From assembly GCA_002269645.1 (NCBI GenBank), contig NIVC01002369.1:62001-126000 (forward strand): a stretch of DNA of 64,000 nt, given 5' to 3'. The notes beneath the pieces were generated by a model. The model ran no database searches. It was not told the DNA's origin and saw only the letters and a list, made by a program, of their open reading frames with translations. This document shows positions 33,028-46,724 of the stretch, in pieces (position 1 is the first letter of the stretch; each line of letters opens with the position of its first letter). A program made the position numbers and the translations under genes. The stretch is from Macrostomum lignano. Its lineage: Eukaryota.

Positions 33028-36000
33028 TCATGCTCGGGACTTGCCCAGCAGCAGGAGGCCCAGACGGCGCTGGATGTCGGCGGGCAACGGCGTGTCGGCC
33101 AAGGGCCGTCGCTGGCTGGACTCGAGCCGCTGTCTATGGCCGAAAGGGTCGGTGTAGTCGAGAGAGCGCAGCTGCTCGGAGCCGTCCTGTCGGATCTCCA
33201 GGAGGCTGCCGTCGCTGAACAGGACCCTGGTGTCGTTGTCGCTCAGCTGCTGCACATCCGCCACCTGCAGCAGCGGCTGAGTCGGAATTGGAACCGGTGT
33301 CGGAGTCGGGGTAGACTTCGACGATAAGGTCGCGGGTTCGAGCCCCGAATCGGCTGGCGCTCGACCGATAGTGGCGGGGAAGCAGCAGCGGCCCGGCGAG
33401 GACAGGGCGGCCAGCGCGGACTCGACTCGTTTCACCTGGTCGAAGGTCTGGAATTAGCAAACGGGTATTAGAAATAATTAGCTCCGGATTTTGGGAAGTT
33501 CTTCCCACCCCTAGCGACCAAACCGATTCCCTCATTAGCCACCGGAGGGTGAATGACTTGAGCTTGCTTCGGCGAGCAAATTTTGCTCTCCTAATCTCAA
33601 GAGGATTCTCCATTCGGCTCTCTCTTGTATCGCCTAAATCCCATGCGGAATATGCCTTGACTATATTGCCGGTCAGATATGGCACGCAGAGGAGGGGAGC
33701 TCGCCCTTAATGAGACACGCGGCCGCCTCTTCCGCCCGGGAATATTGATTAGATGAGGCGGGAATTATTTAGGAGCTGGAGAGAGGGATAAAATTTTGTG
33801 GCGCGGCTCGGGAATCTATATTGGACCAACAATGGCCACCCGCACGGCAACTAATTAAGACGCTCAGAGCTCTGGGTGTGTCCGGCGCGGGTCAGCCAGC
33901 TAGCAACAGAGCTGCCCCCTCCCCCGCCCACCTGAGGGACGGCCGTGAGCAGTCTCTCAACATCCTCTCTGTGTGAGTGTGGGAGAGCGATTGAGTAAGC
34001 GGTTTCACAACACACACAGAGTGAGGGGTGACCTATGGCTACCAGTCGATCCACCCACCAGCTGTGACGGCCTCACAAAGCTCTCTCCCATCCAGCCTCC
34101 AATCTATTCATCCATTATTAGCCCCATCAGTCCAGGGGTTTAATTAGCATTGCCGAAATTCAAAGCTATAATATACACACACAGTAACTCGGGGGTAGGG
34201 CGATTTCGGCAATCAATTTTGGCAAAATCGGGCAAGCGGATGAAGGCAAAACACTGGACGGGGGGCAGGGATTGTGCTTGATGGGCCGCTGGCTCACCTC
34301 ATTAACATAATGCAGAATCTCCGCTTCATCTGGCGACAAGCTGCGCAGCTCGACCGGCTTGCCGTCGACTGTCATTCGAAGTCCGCCATTGCGTCGACCT
34401 GCCCGACGGCCGTTGTAGAAGTACACGGCAAAGTCGGGCTCCGGGTCGCTGTTCTCGAACAGCACGCACCTGGCTCGGTCCGTGTGCAGCACAACCTTGG
34501 CGGTGTTGCTGCGCAGGATGCTGATGAAGGAGTCTGCGAGTTGGTAGAGTCGGGCAGCTCGGTCTGGCAGATCCGGGAAGATGAACTTCTCAGCTGATGA
34601 CCAGTCCAGGCTGTCTTGCTGCTGCTGTTCGCTGATCAGAGCAACGTGTCGGCCATCTGGTTCGATTCTCAGCACCCTTCTTGGTGGCGTGGACTTCCTT
34701 CCACCGACTTTGAACTGTTCGACTGTGAGGTCACCATCGGCAGTCAGGCTGAACACGGTCGGGCCCTTGACAACCCGACACGGCTCCAGGCGGGCGGTGC
34801 TCAGCGGGTTCTGCGGCAGTCGACGTCCGCGCTGAGAGCCCAGCGAGGAGGTCGGGTTGGATGAGGCGCAGGACTGCGGACCGTCTGACACGGTGTCGAG
34901 AGGCTGCTGATGCTGCTGATGCTGTTGAAGCCTTGGAGCCGCCACAGGAGCCGCCTGCGGACCCAGCGGGCTGCCCTCGGACTGGACGGCGCTTGAGTAG
35001 CCTTCGCTGTGCCTGGAGTGCCCGGTCAGAACTCCTCCTGTGGCGGCGGTGGCGGCGTTGCTGGCGGCTCCTCCGGCCTGCCGACCGTCTGAGTGGCACC
35101 GCCGCAGGCTGGCGGCCGTCTGCAGATGCGGCGTTGAAGCTGCTGCTGGCGCCGGTCGATGCTGGCGCTGCTCAACTTGATGAAGCTGAGGCCGGGACAG
35201 CGACACGGAGGCCGGAGTTGATGGCGTGGCGACCGATGAGGCGGCGGCAGGGATGGGGGTGGAGGCGGCCAGACAGTGCGAGCCGCTCTGAACCGAATCG
35301 TTGCCCGAATCGTTGCTGGCGCTTCTCTCCTAGAAGATTCGCAGAATTGGAACAATTAATAGTTATTGTTGAAGACCGAATGGAGAATGGAAAAATAAGA
35401 TTTTTTCTCCTGTGGAACAATTGTCGTTACTCCATTAAATTCTAATAATAATAACCGCCCCGTTTTGGTTGACGAAGTTCGAAAAATGGACCGGGGGACT
35501 GTGATGAGTCCGCTTTTGTTTTGTCCGAACCGAAGCTCAACAAGTGCCTTGGCAACCAGATTTTTAGAGAGAGAGATAGGGGCTACTGATGGGCACTTGA
35601 TAGGATTGAACCTCTACGAACTTTCATTTCTCACCTGCACTCAAAACTTTTCCAACGCTCGAGTATCGAGTGCTCAAAAATAGGCGAGAGTGATGCATGG
35701 GATACAATCGATCCGCTATTCCCCACCCTCTGCAGTCCATCTGGTTTCTATAGGGGATGCAACAGCGGCTCTCAAGAGCTGTGGATGGCAGAGTCACAGC
35801 ATATATAGCATCGAGGTCTACAGATTCTCAAAATATTAAAATATAGGAGTTTAATTTTCTTCCCCGCGAATCCTGTCCTCTGCAAGCAACAGCGCTTGTT
35901 GTGTCCATTTTGCTTTCATCGCAATCCCTGGTTGCTAGGGATGACCAGTTGGCCAGTTCCTCTGCCTCGCTCGGTCAAGGGAAGCTGAGCTGAGGCATTT

Positions 36001-39000
36001 CGGCTTTTTAGAATGGCTTTTGAAGGATAATAAATATTTACAATCGAGGAGGGGGGATCTGGAAGCCGGTGAGAGGAGACGGCGAGCAATCTCTCCCACA
36101 GCTCAAAGTCTTACGCAATAAGTTGGTCACTTTTTGTTATACGGCGTCATCCCCGAGACGGGAGGGCGGACAGACGGGGCTATCGCAACAGCTTAGGAAT
36201 TCCCATCCATCTCATGCCATGGATACTGGGATCAGGGGGTGTAGGGGCGTCGTCATCGAAGATAAGACGAAATCCTTCATGTGTTTGGGGGGCGGCTGGC
36301 CTCTGTGTGTGATAAAGAGATTTTGTCTACAGTAGCCACCCACCTGTCGGCAGATATCGACAAATTCCCTGACAGTGTGAGACGATGGCTTCTGCCATGG
36401 GATCTGTGATGAGTGCCATTTTCGGGATCTGTGATGAGTGCCATTTTTGGGGTCTGTGATGATGAGTGCCATTTTTGGGATCCGTGATAAGTGCCATTTT
36501 TGGGATCTGTGATAAGTGCCATTTTTGGAATCCGTGATAAGTGCCATTTTTGGGATCCGTGATAAGTGCCATTTTTGGGATCCGTGATAAGTGCCATTTT
36601 TGGGATCTGTGATAAGTGCCATTTTTGGGATCCGTGATGAGTGCCATTTTTGGTTTTTTGACCTGGCAAAGAGCACTCACATGCGCCTTGTCCCGCATGA
36701 ACGGGTGCTGCAGAACTTGAGCCAGAGTCAGTCGCTCTTTCGGTCTCTCCCGCAGCAGTTTAGCAATCAGGTCGATGGCCTCGGGGTGCAGGCTGCCCGG
36801 GATGTCGTACTTCAGCCGTCTGGCGTTGTCTATGGTCGACTTCGGGTCCTTGGTGTCGAACGGCGCCTTGCCAACCAGCATGGTGTACAACATCACGCCC
36901 AACGACCAGACGTCCACTTCTGGACCTTGCACTCCCTGACTGCTGACCTCCCTGCAGTGGCATGCAAGGTTCAATGTTTGATTGTTTGAAAATATGATAT
37001 CATAAAAATCAAATTGCGCATAGTAAAATTGAAACAATATATAGACTGTTTTTATTGCTCAAATTTCAACAACTGCTCATGTTCACTCATGCAGCGCGAT
37101 CTGTCTGGCTGATGTTGGCTGATCTGGATTTTAAGCCAAAGTGTCTACAGAACTGAACTCTGACTTTTCCCCACACTTTTTTGGAAGCGCCAGAGCGTGC
37201 CACCTAAGCTGCGGAACCACAGCAAGATTTCCTCCTTGTCCAGCTGGAGGTGCTGGGGTCTGAAGATTTCGCAACGCATCCTGAAGCCGGCGCTCAAGCC
37301 TCGGGGGCAAATTTATGGAGAGGCATGGAGTAAAAGCAGATTTGTTCTTGAATCTTATTTTGAATCAATTTGTTGGTTTGCCGTCTCGACTGACTTGAGC
37401 TGACAGACTTTGCACCTAAACTCATTGGCGGAACCTGGCAATCTCTGGCAAGACTGTTAGTCGCAATTCCCGAGGTTTTTCTGCCCGAATTCATTGCTAA
37501 CGAAAAAATCCCAATCAAGCATTGACCCAATCAGGTAGAAAACTGATCAATTAGAAATTCCAGTTGCTCAACGGGATGGTTTTAGAGAGATAGCGATGGC
37601 AAAAATAGTCAGGTTGAACAGATCAATTAGCATAAAATTAGCATTTTTACAACTCTGTGTTGTCGGTGTTTCAATCAACAGTGTAATGTCGGCTTGAGAA
37701 CTCACGGTGAGATGTAGTTTGGAGTGCCGCACATGGTCTTGTTGGTCCGGTCCTCCGACAGTTCAGCGGCTAACCCGAAGTCCGAGATCTTCTGCAGGAA
37801 AAAAGACAGAAAGAAAAAAATTGTCACTTCTTCTGAACGTTTTGGAAGCGCCGTTTAGGAAGCGCCGTTTTGGGGGCGCCGTTTTGGGGGCACCGTTTTG
37901 GGGGCGCCGTTTAGGGAGCGCCGTTTTGGGGGCGCCGTTTAGAGAGCGCCGTTTTCGGGGCGCCGTTTAGGGAGCGCCGTTTTGGGGGCGCCGTTTTGGG
38001 GGCGCCGTTTTGGGGGCGCCGTTTTGGGGGCGCCGTTCTGAGGGCGTCGTTCTGGGAGCGCCATTTTTCTGGGGTCGCGCTAATTGCAACGCTCTTTCCT
38101 ACACACCAAACACCAATTCATACCCAATGCAACTCACCACTTTGCAGTCTTCAGTGAGCAGCAGGTTTGCCAGGGTGAGGTCCCTGTGAATGATTCCGCT
38201 CCGATGTAAATAGCACAGGCCAGCAACGATCTGCTTAAGAAAGTAGCGAACTACAAAAGAATGGTTTTGGGGTGTTTTTTTCAATTATTGATTAATACTC
38301 GTAGATTCTTTGATATACGCTTCTAAACTGTTGGGACTATCGCTCGGACTAACCTTTGTCTTCGCTGAGGCAGCCATTGCGTCGTACATAGTCGTGCAGA
38401 TTTCCGCCCTGGCACAGTTCCAGCACAATGTAGACATTGGCGGTGTCCTCAAAGTATGAGTAGAGCTGCAGTGTGTGGCGCATGTGTGTGGGGTGGAGTT
38501 TTTAGTTACCGGCGATAGAGCATGTGATGAAGTATACGGGATAGCAAAACTGTCCCCACAGACTCTTTAAAAACCGCTTGACCACCCACTGGCTGATTAA
38601 AGAAGCGCCATTGTGCTCCACTTGAAGAGCATTCCAAGCAAAAGCCAACATCAACGCGCTATCTGTCTTCACTAACCAGCTGCCGAGAGTAATCGAGGTG
38701 TCACTGAACTGTTGATTAATTTAATTATTTAAAGAATTGGCTCAACACCCCTACCCCCCATACTATTCAGTCTACCTGGGTCGGCCACTTGAAAATCTCT
38801 TTTTAACGAATCGGTAGGGTAAAGACACACCTGCATAGGCCATGGGTACGAAGCGACTTGTGAGGCGGGAATGCTGCATGCATTTTTCTGTTAAAAGCTT
38901 TTGCTTACTCTATAGGTCACTTAGTGTGTACACAATCCTTCGTCTCACTCTCGTGCCATTTTCTTTCTCTCTAAATTCCTTCTCTCCAAAGTTTCACTGC

Positions 39001-40796
39001 ACTCTGGAATGTACACTTGCTGTACAGTGCCTCTCTATCTGTCTACTCACCTGCAAGCAGGCTCTCCTCTCTCTGCCTCACCCGTCCACCTCATCCCCTG
39101 CTACTGCAGGAAAGACTGCCTGTCTGTCTGACTAAGCAAGAGCGCACTGAGTTATCTTTCCTGCCTATGCTATAGTTCTATTGAAATCTAGCACAAAGCA
39201 CCGAGTTCCAGCAGTGTTTAGGATTAGTTTGAGTTCAAATTTTCCTCACCTGCAGCACAAACTGATGCCTCAGCCGTTGGTGAATGCTGATCTCGCTGAT
39301 CACGCGGCTCGTCATGTTGCGTTGGTGGACCTTCCGCTTGTCCAACTGTACAATGCAGGGGTGTTGTGAATAGGAGACGTGGCATTGTAGGTTATTGCGA
39401 GACAGAATTGGAAATCCAATTCAACTTTTGTTGAATCTAAATGTTGACTTTTTAATAATCGCCCAGTGGTCAGCGTTGCTCACGTCTGTTTTGTCACTCG
39501 TAACTTTCATATTGTCAATGCTAGAGTCGCACCATGCACACTAATATATGTTTATTCTATACCTAACTCTTTCAACTTTCAAATTATAGGCATGAAAATT
39601 TTCAATAGATATAATTTCTTAGTTTATGCATGTCACACCTTGTTGTCTCAGTGTCAAAACTTGATCGACGGTCTCTAAAAGTTTAAAATTCCAGTCAAAT
39701 TTTCAATTGTTTGCTCAACTTAAAACAAATTTCTATTTTAGGATTCGATTTTTGGAATTTGGCGAATCCCGTATATAGATTTATGAAGCTTTCTGTGGTC
39801 AGTCAGTGAGTCTGTCACTAGGCCCATCCTTGCGGGTGCCAGGTGATTAGATGGGTCGGGAGATTACAGTGTGGGTTAGGGATATACCGCAGAATCGGCC
39901 TTCCAGCCTGCACCAATACTGCAGAGTCTCCGCGATGGTCAAGGCTGTGACAGGATCTCTGGGTGGTTACCATCTTGATAAGAGTAGGACAGGGAGGTTG
40001 GGGATGCAGGGGCGGGGTCCGGTTGTTTCCCTGCACTACCATATAGGAGTTGATTGGGCTCCGCCTACATGATATTTCCAGCGTGTAATCCTGCCTCACT
40101 AATCTCTCTGACCAATCTGACTCTCCGTCTGGCTAATGTGACTCTCTTCCCGTTACTAGTCTGACTCTCTCTGATTGACCAGTCTGACTCTCTCTCCGTC
40201 TGACCAGTCTGACTCTCCGTCTGACCAGTCTGACTCTCCGCCTGACCAGTCTGACTCTCCGTCTGACCAATATGACTCTCTCTCTCTGTCTGACCAGTCT
40301 GACTCTCTCTCTCTGTCTGACCAGTCTGACTCTCTCTCTCTGTCTGACCAGTCTGACTCTCCGTCTGACCAATATGACTCTCCGTCTGACCAGGCTGACT
40401 CTCCGTCTGACCAATATGACTCTCCGTCTGACCAGGCTGACTCTCCGTCTGACCAATATGACTCTCTCTCAGTCTGACCAGTCTGACTCTCTGCGCCTGA
40501 CCAGTCTGACTCTCCGTCTGACCAATATGACTCTCTCTCTCTGTCTGACCAGTCTGACTCTCAGTCTGACCAGTCTGACTCTCAGTCTGACCAGTCTGAC
40601 TCTCTCCATATGAAAAAGTTTAAACTAAAAAAGTTCTCACCACTTTGATCGCCACAGGTTTGCCAGTCCGCTTGCAGGTGGCCTGGTAGACTCTACCGAA
40701 ACCGCCATCGCCAAGGTGACTACCGAATTCGTAGTCCTCGGCAGCCAGTCCGAGCTGGTCGCAGTTGAACTCAGACTTTTCTCCACAGTCGGACAT
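33028..40796 (-). CDS. PLK4: Polo-like kinase 4; exons 40796-40641, 39345-39250, 38465-38354, 38250-38138, 37791-37706, 36951-36681, 35329-34298, 33447-33028 (761 aa)
   Basis: Kinase motifs [52 protein letters not shown] degron-like motif after the kinase domain. Cryptic polo box (PLSTARLEP...[13 protein letters not shown]...FPATIGRAP) and PB3 ([20 protein letters not shown]). All introns GT-AG with matching phases; total 2286 nt. Confidence 0.93.
36410..36655. repeat. 25 bp minisatellite (GGGATCCGTGATAAGTGCCATTTTT) in PLK4 intron 6
   Basis: Seen directly. Confidence 0.9.
37845..38070. repeat. ~15 bp minisatellite (GGGGCGCCGTTTTGG) in PLK4 intron 4
   Basis: Seen directly. Confidence 0.9.
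40100..40610. repeat. (TCTGACCAGTCTGACTCTCCG)-type minisatellite in PLK4 intron 1
   Basis: Seen directly. Confidence 0.9.
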
Positions 40797-41384
40797 TTCA
40801 ACTCTGACGTATAATTGGATCGGGCGGGGTCAAAATAAAAGAAGGGGAATTATGAGAATTATTAAATGTAAATTGCTTGCTAAACGATGCACTGATGCAT
40901 TTGATTTTGCAGTTTCTCTTCTGCTTCTTTCGTCGCTCAAGAGGGAGTGTTGGGTATTAGATAGATGAGGGACTTAAGCCAGAAGAGTCGTTTGGCCCTG
41001 GCTTTGAAGGTTTCGGGGTGGAGGTGGGGTGGTGCGGTGAGCCCTCCCAGATCTCAAACAACCCCGCCTCGCCTTGTAATTGGGCTAACGGCTCAACCAA
41101 TGACAATCGAGCCCGCTCTCACCTGTACTCATGACCCGCGGTTGCCTTCTCTCTTCTCTCTTCTCTCCTCTTTTGCCTGCAGCCCGCCTGCTGGTTGCCA
41201 GGGGATACGTGAGAAACACGCCCGCTAGCAGGCAAGCAGTAGAAGGATTTTGAGTACAGTGCTGTACTGAATAGGAATGTGCATTCTGTTGGGCAGTGCA
41301 CTCTCGTACAGTACGTGTGAGCCGAGCAGAGTTAACCAGTGCGGGATTTACATTCAGATTGTCGAAGGATGAGATTCTGATTCG

Positions 41385-41825
41385 TAAGATTTCAAATCTC
41401 AGGTGTGAGATTATCAAAAAAGAGTCCAATCTCAGGTCGAGATTATCAAAAGAGTCCAAATCTCGGTTTTGAGATTATCAAAAGATTGAAAATCTCAGGT
41501 GTCAGATTATCAAAATAGTCCAAATGTCAGGTGTGAGATTATCAAAATAGTCCAAATCACAGGTGTGAGATTATCAAAAAGTCCCAATCTCAGGTGTGAG
41601 ATTATCATAAGATTCCTTATCTCAGGTGTGAGATTCTCAAAATAGTCCAATCTCAGGTGTGAGATATCAAAAGATTCCAAATCTCAGGTGTGAGATTATC
41701 AAAATAGTCCAAATCTGAGGTGTGAGATGATCAAAGTAGTCCAAATCTCAGGTGTGAGATAATAAAATATTTAAAATCTCAGATTTGAGATGAACAAAAG
41801 AGTCCAAATCTCAGGTGTGAGATTC
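41385..41825. repeat. ~32 bp minisatellite (ATCTCAGGTGTGAGATTATCAAAATAGTCCAA), each unit with an ATCTCA..TGAGAT palindrome
   Basis: About 13 copies seen. Confidence 0.9.
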
Positions 41826-42554
41826 TTTTTTCAAAGAATCCAACTTAGAATCGAACTGAGATATCAATAAGATTCTCAAAGCAGGCTCCCTGCTGCGCAG
41901 GTATTGGTTGGACCCCACATTATGCAGGTGTCGCTTGTTAAGCACGCGCAGGTCCGTCGGTTCCTCCATCCTGGGCTCCTTTCCGTCATCAAGTCGTCCC
42001 AGCCTCCTCAGTGGGTCTGTCACACGAGACATGGTTGGTTAAATGCATGGAATTATCAGTATTTCAGTTTGTGTAGTGTTATAATATACACAAATATATC
42101 GAAGATTGGCTAGTAAGGTTATATAAGAAGAGGGTTAATTAAACCCCTTTAATTGCTAATTATTTCAATCTTTGACCCGCGTGGCAACCGCCTTAGGTAT
42201 AGGGAAGCGATTCGAGCAAATTGAATCTATCAGAATTTGACCTGTTGTTTATAATTGCCGGTCAGGGGGATGCAACGGTTATTAAAGGCCTCATCAATAC
42301 AGCAGCGCACCTGTTAAGGTTTGGTGATGACTTTTTAAAATGCAGCCTTTCGTTGCCAGGGTGGACCATTTGTGAAGCTAATTTTCTACACCATGCTCGA
42401 AAACGATCGATCGAAAATTAAGTATAATTTATTAGTCAGAGAATAAATTGTCTCAGCATCATAAAATGCTTTCTATACAGTCAGATCGACATTGAGTCCT
42501 GCGGCACTTATTTATAATATTTTTGTATTTTTGCGTACTATACATGATCTGTTA

Positions 42555-44180
42555 GTCTATCTACCGAATCTATCAACTGTCTACCGAATCTATCAATCTG
42601 TCTACCGAATCTATACAACTGTCTACCGAATCTATACAACTGTCTACCGAATCTATCCAACTGTCTACCGAATCTATACAACTGTCTACCGAATCTATAC
42701 AACTGTCTACCGAATCTATCAAACTGTCTACCGAATCTATCAATCTGTCTACCGAATCTATACAACTGTCTACCGAATCTATACAACTGTCTACCGAATC
42801 TATACAACTGTCTACCGAATCTATCCAACTGTCTACCGAATCTATACAACTGTCTACCGAATCTATACAACTGTCTACCGAATCTATCAAACTGTCTACC
42901 GAATCTATCAATCTGTCTACCGAATCTATACAACTGTCTACCGAATCTATACAACTGTCTACCGAATCTATCAACTGTCTACCGAATCTATACAACTGTC
43001 TACCGAATCTATCAATCTGTCTACCAAATCTATCCAATTGTCTACCGAATCTATCAATCTGTCTACCGAATCTATCAAACTGTCTACCGAATCTATCAAT
43101 CTGTCTACCGAATCTATTAATCTGTCTACCGAATCTATCAAACTGTCTACCGAATCTATTAATCTGTCTACCGAATCTATCAAACTGTCTACCGAATCTA
43201 TTAATCTGTCTACCGAATCTATCAAACTGTCTACCGAATCTATCAATCTGTCTACCGAATCTATCAAACTGTCTACCGAATCTATCAATCTGTCTACCGA
43301 ATCTATCAAACTGTCTACCGAATCTATCAAACTGTCTACCGAATCTATCAATCTGTCTACCGAATCTATCAATCTGTCTACCGAATCTATCAAACTGTCT
43401 ACCGAATCTATCAATCTGTCTACCGAATCTATCAATCTGTCTACCGAATCTATCAAACTGTCTACCGAATCTATTAAACTGTCTACCGAATCTATCAATC
43501 TGTCTACCGAATCTATCAATCTGTCTACCGAATCTATCAAACTGTCTACCGAATCTATCAATCTGTCTACTGAATCTATTAATCTGTCTACCGAATCTAT
43601 CAACTGTCTACCGAATCTATCAATCTGTCTACCGAATCTATCAACTGTCTACCGAATCTATCCAACTGTCTACCGAATCTATCAATTTGTCTACCGAATC
43701 TATCAATCTGTCTACCGAATCTATCGAACTGTCTACCGAATCTATCAATCTGTCTACCGAATCTATCAATCTGTCTACCGAATCTATCAAACTGTCTACC
43801 GAATCTATCAATCTGTCTACCGAATCTATCAAACTGTCTACCGAATCTATCAAACTGTCTACCGAATCTATCAATCTGTCTACCGAATCTATCAATCTGT
43901 CTACCGAATCTATCAATCTGTCTACCGAATCTATACAACTGTCTACCGGATCTATCAACTGTCTACCGAATCTATCAATCTGTCTACCGAATCTATCAAC
44001 TGTCTACCGAATCTATCAATCTGTCTACCGAATCTATTAATCTGTCTACCGAATCTACCTAACTGTCTACCGAATCTATCAACTGTCTACCGAATCTATC
44101 AAACTGCCTACCGAATCTATCAAACTGTCTACCGAATTTATCAATTTGTCTACAGAATCTATTAATCTATCCACCGAATC
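42555..44180. repeat. 20-21 bp minisatellite (CTGTCTACCGAATCTATCAA(A/T)), ~75 copies
   Basis: Seen directly; explains the 557 aa ORF. Confidence 0.95.
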
Positions 44181-45034
44181 TAGGATTATGTCTACCAAAA
44201 CAGCTACCAAATAAATCAAAGGTTCCGAAGGTCGTATATTGAACAAACCAACTCGTTTTTTATAGAAAAAAAACGTGCGAAAAATTCAACACCTATAACT
44301 GTAAGGTGTCTCAGAGTTATTGAAAAATCAAAATTATGTTGTCCACAAGCAACAACAACAGTAATAGCAAGTCTAGGAACAAAATAGTATCAAAGAAGAA
44401 AAAAATGATGTAAAAAATGGATTTCGGTCCGGCATCCCACACTTTGTGTTGCTGTGGGCCATTGTTATATAAAATGAAAATATAATTTTGAGAACCTGCA
44501 GGGTTGCAACTCAGGGCGAACGGAGACTGACAGGGATGGGGAAAAATCACTTTCCCCCAATCGCCATCTGAAATCTCCCACAGACAATTGCCACTGCCTC
44601 TGATTCATGCTGTGTCTGTTTGAACATATTCAAATCAATAGCCAATAGGTCTCAGCCTCCCGGGCCCGCATCAACCTAAAGGTGAAGTTGAGGGTCGCCA
44701 TCGCCAGAGCGCAATTTCGCTTTAAAAAATCATTCATCTCCTCAACCTCAATAAAGAAGATATTAAAGAAACGAAAAGAAAACACGGAATCTTTTGTTAA
44801 AGTTTTGTTGCCTGGCTGGTGCTTCAATAAAGGGAAGTTTGTCAACTTTGTCTGTCTGCGAGAAATCACGTACATGATGTACCTGGGCTACTGGCTATTC
44901 TAAGAAATGAAGGCAAAGAAAGTGGGAGTGGATTTCCTACAACGAGACGGGGTGATTTACAGTGCTCCTGGCAACTGCTGTCTTCCCAGAGGATGTTATC
45001 TGTCACTCTAAAACAGGTTAACCGTTTTTTGGAT

Positions 45035-45320
45035 TGGCGCCATTAAAATAATTTTGATTTGGCGCCATTTAAACGGTTTTGGCGCCATTGAAACAGTTTT
45101 TTTGGCGCCATTTAAACATTTTTGGCTCTATTTAAACAGTTTTGGCACCATTGAAACAGTTTTGGCGCCATTGAAACAGTTTCGGCTTTGGCGCCATTTA
45201 AACAGTTTTGATTTGGCGCCATTTAAACAATTTTGGTTTTGGCGCCATTTAAACAGTTTCGGTTTTGGCGCCACTTGAACAGTTTTGGTTTTGGCGCCAT
45301 TGAGTTTTGGCGCCATTGAA
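45035..45320. repeat. ~21-27 bp minisatellite (TTTTGGCGCCATT(T/G)AAACAG)
   Basis: Seen directly. Confidence 0.85.
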
Positions 45321-45989
45321 AAATTGAAGAATTCCGACTGCGGTGCAAGAGAATTTAGCTCGTGGTTTTAAACTTTCTAGACTCCATTAAGCAACTGCTG
45401 TGTCCGCAAACATTTGGCGTAACGCAATCGATAAAAGAGCGGAAAATGATGCAATCCATCGGGCTCAAACTCACCGCTATGTAGCTCCATCTCAGTCGCA
45501 GTTTCCCTATCTCAGATCTTCAGGGGTTGCGCGAAGTGCAATTTTCTGAGATCCCATCCCTGATTTACCTGTCAGATAAAGCGGGCAGGCTGTTCAACTT
45601 TGAACTCAACAGATGGAGGGAGATGGAGGGAGACTGCACGCAGAACATGGGGGAAATGAAGTGTTTGCACCATCATACATAGCCTAAATCTGTATAGAGT
45701 CTATTGAGTTCGAGCATGGTCAATCGTTGAAATCTATTTTGATCTTTGAGAAGAGACTGTCAGGCTTGACCACAGATGTGCTCGCATGTGTCTGCTGTCT
45801 TCTTGTCCGGAGAGTCTTTGAGTCTGCAAAGACAGATTGGCTTGACTAATTGTCTAACTGACTGACCAACAGTCTGACCCAGTCTTCTACGAAATGTCAC
45901 ACTTGATATCGGATACTCGATTTCCACTCTCTACATTTCTCTTCACAAAGTACATCTTTCATTAGCTTCTCTTCCGTACAAGCTAAACT

Positions 45990-46188
45990 ATCCTCTCTAA
46001 CCCCTCCTTTCTAACCCCTCCTCTCTTACCCCTCCTTTCTAACCCCTCCTTACCCCTCCTCTCTAACCCCTCCTCTCTAACCCTCCTCTCTAACCCTCCT
46101 CTCTAACCCTCCTCTCTAACCCTCCTCTCTAACCCTCGTCTCTAACCCTCCTCTCTACCCCTCCTCTCTAACCCTCCTCTCTAACCTC
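45990..46188. repeat. 13-14 bp repeat (CTCTAACCCTCCT)
   Basis: Seen directly. Confidence 0.85.
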
Positions 46189-46724
46189 TGTGCATGAAAC
46201 TCTGATCTTTTAGCTTTTAAACGTTCTCTAGCTTATTGATTGAAATTATACCAACAATAATTTTCGATATTGTTACTGTAAGTAGTAAAATTCGACACAA
46301 GTTTTTTATCTCGAAAAAATGCATAGTTTAAGCCTGCCGAGTTTGAATGAAAATTGAATAATTTCTATAGCTCTGTACCTGTGTGTGTATTAGCAAATAT
46401 TGTACAATGGAATGAAGATATAATAGCTTCACCCACTGAGTACAGTGCTATAGCGTGAGTCTCAGCTCTATTCCAAAAATTGTACACCTCAAAAAGTATA
46501 GTGTAAAAAGTGTACTGTACCTTTTTCGGCGCTGGATGAGAGGCAATGTCATTTTTAGCTACAGACCTCATCTCAGTTTTTAAAAAGTAAACTTGCTTGT
46601 TTTTATTGTTACGAAGAAAGCTATTTGCAAGAGATAAATCTAATAAGCCTTGTTGCTTCAGCATTATTTTAAAGGACAATTAACCTTCAAGGTTCAATTC
46701 GTAAGTTATTGCTATATTGTTTAT

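Noticed and set aside
42492-44165. 557 aa ORF and other long repetitive ORFs (13144-13796, 19600-20632, 21026-21657, 22306-23025, 23467-24228, 25319-26231, 26492-27197, 28108-28546, 32136-32637, 46650-47559)
   Set aside because: All are translations of tandem repeats that are open in several frames and on both strands; no splice or codon evidence.
45990-46188. Interstitial telomere
   Set aside because: Contains TAACCC but in a 13-14 bp unit, not (TTAGGG)n.
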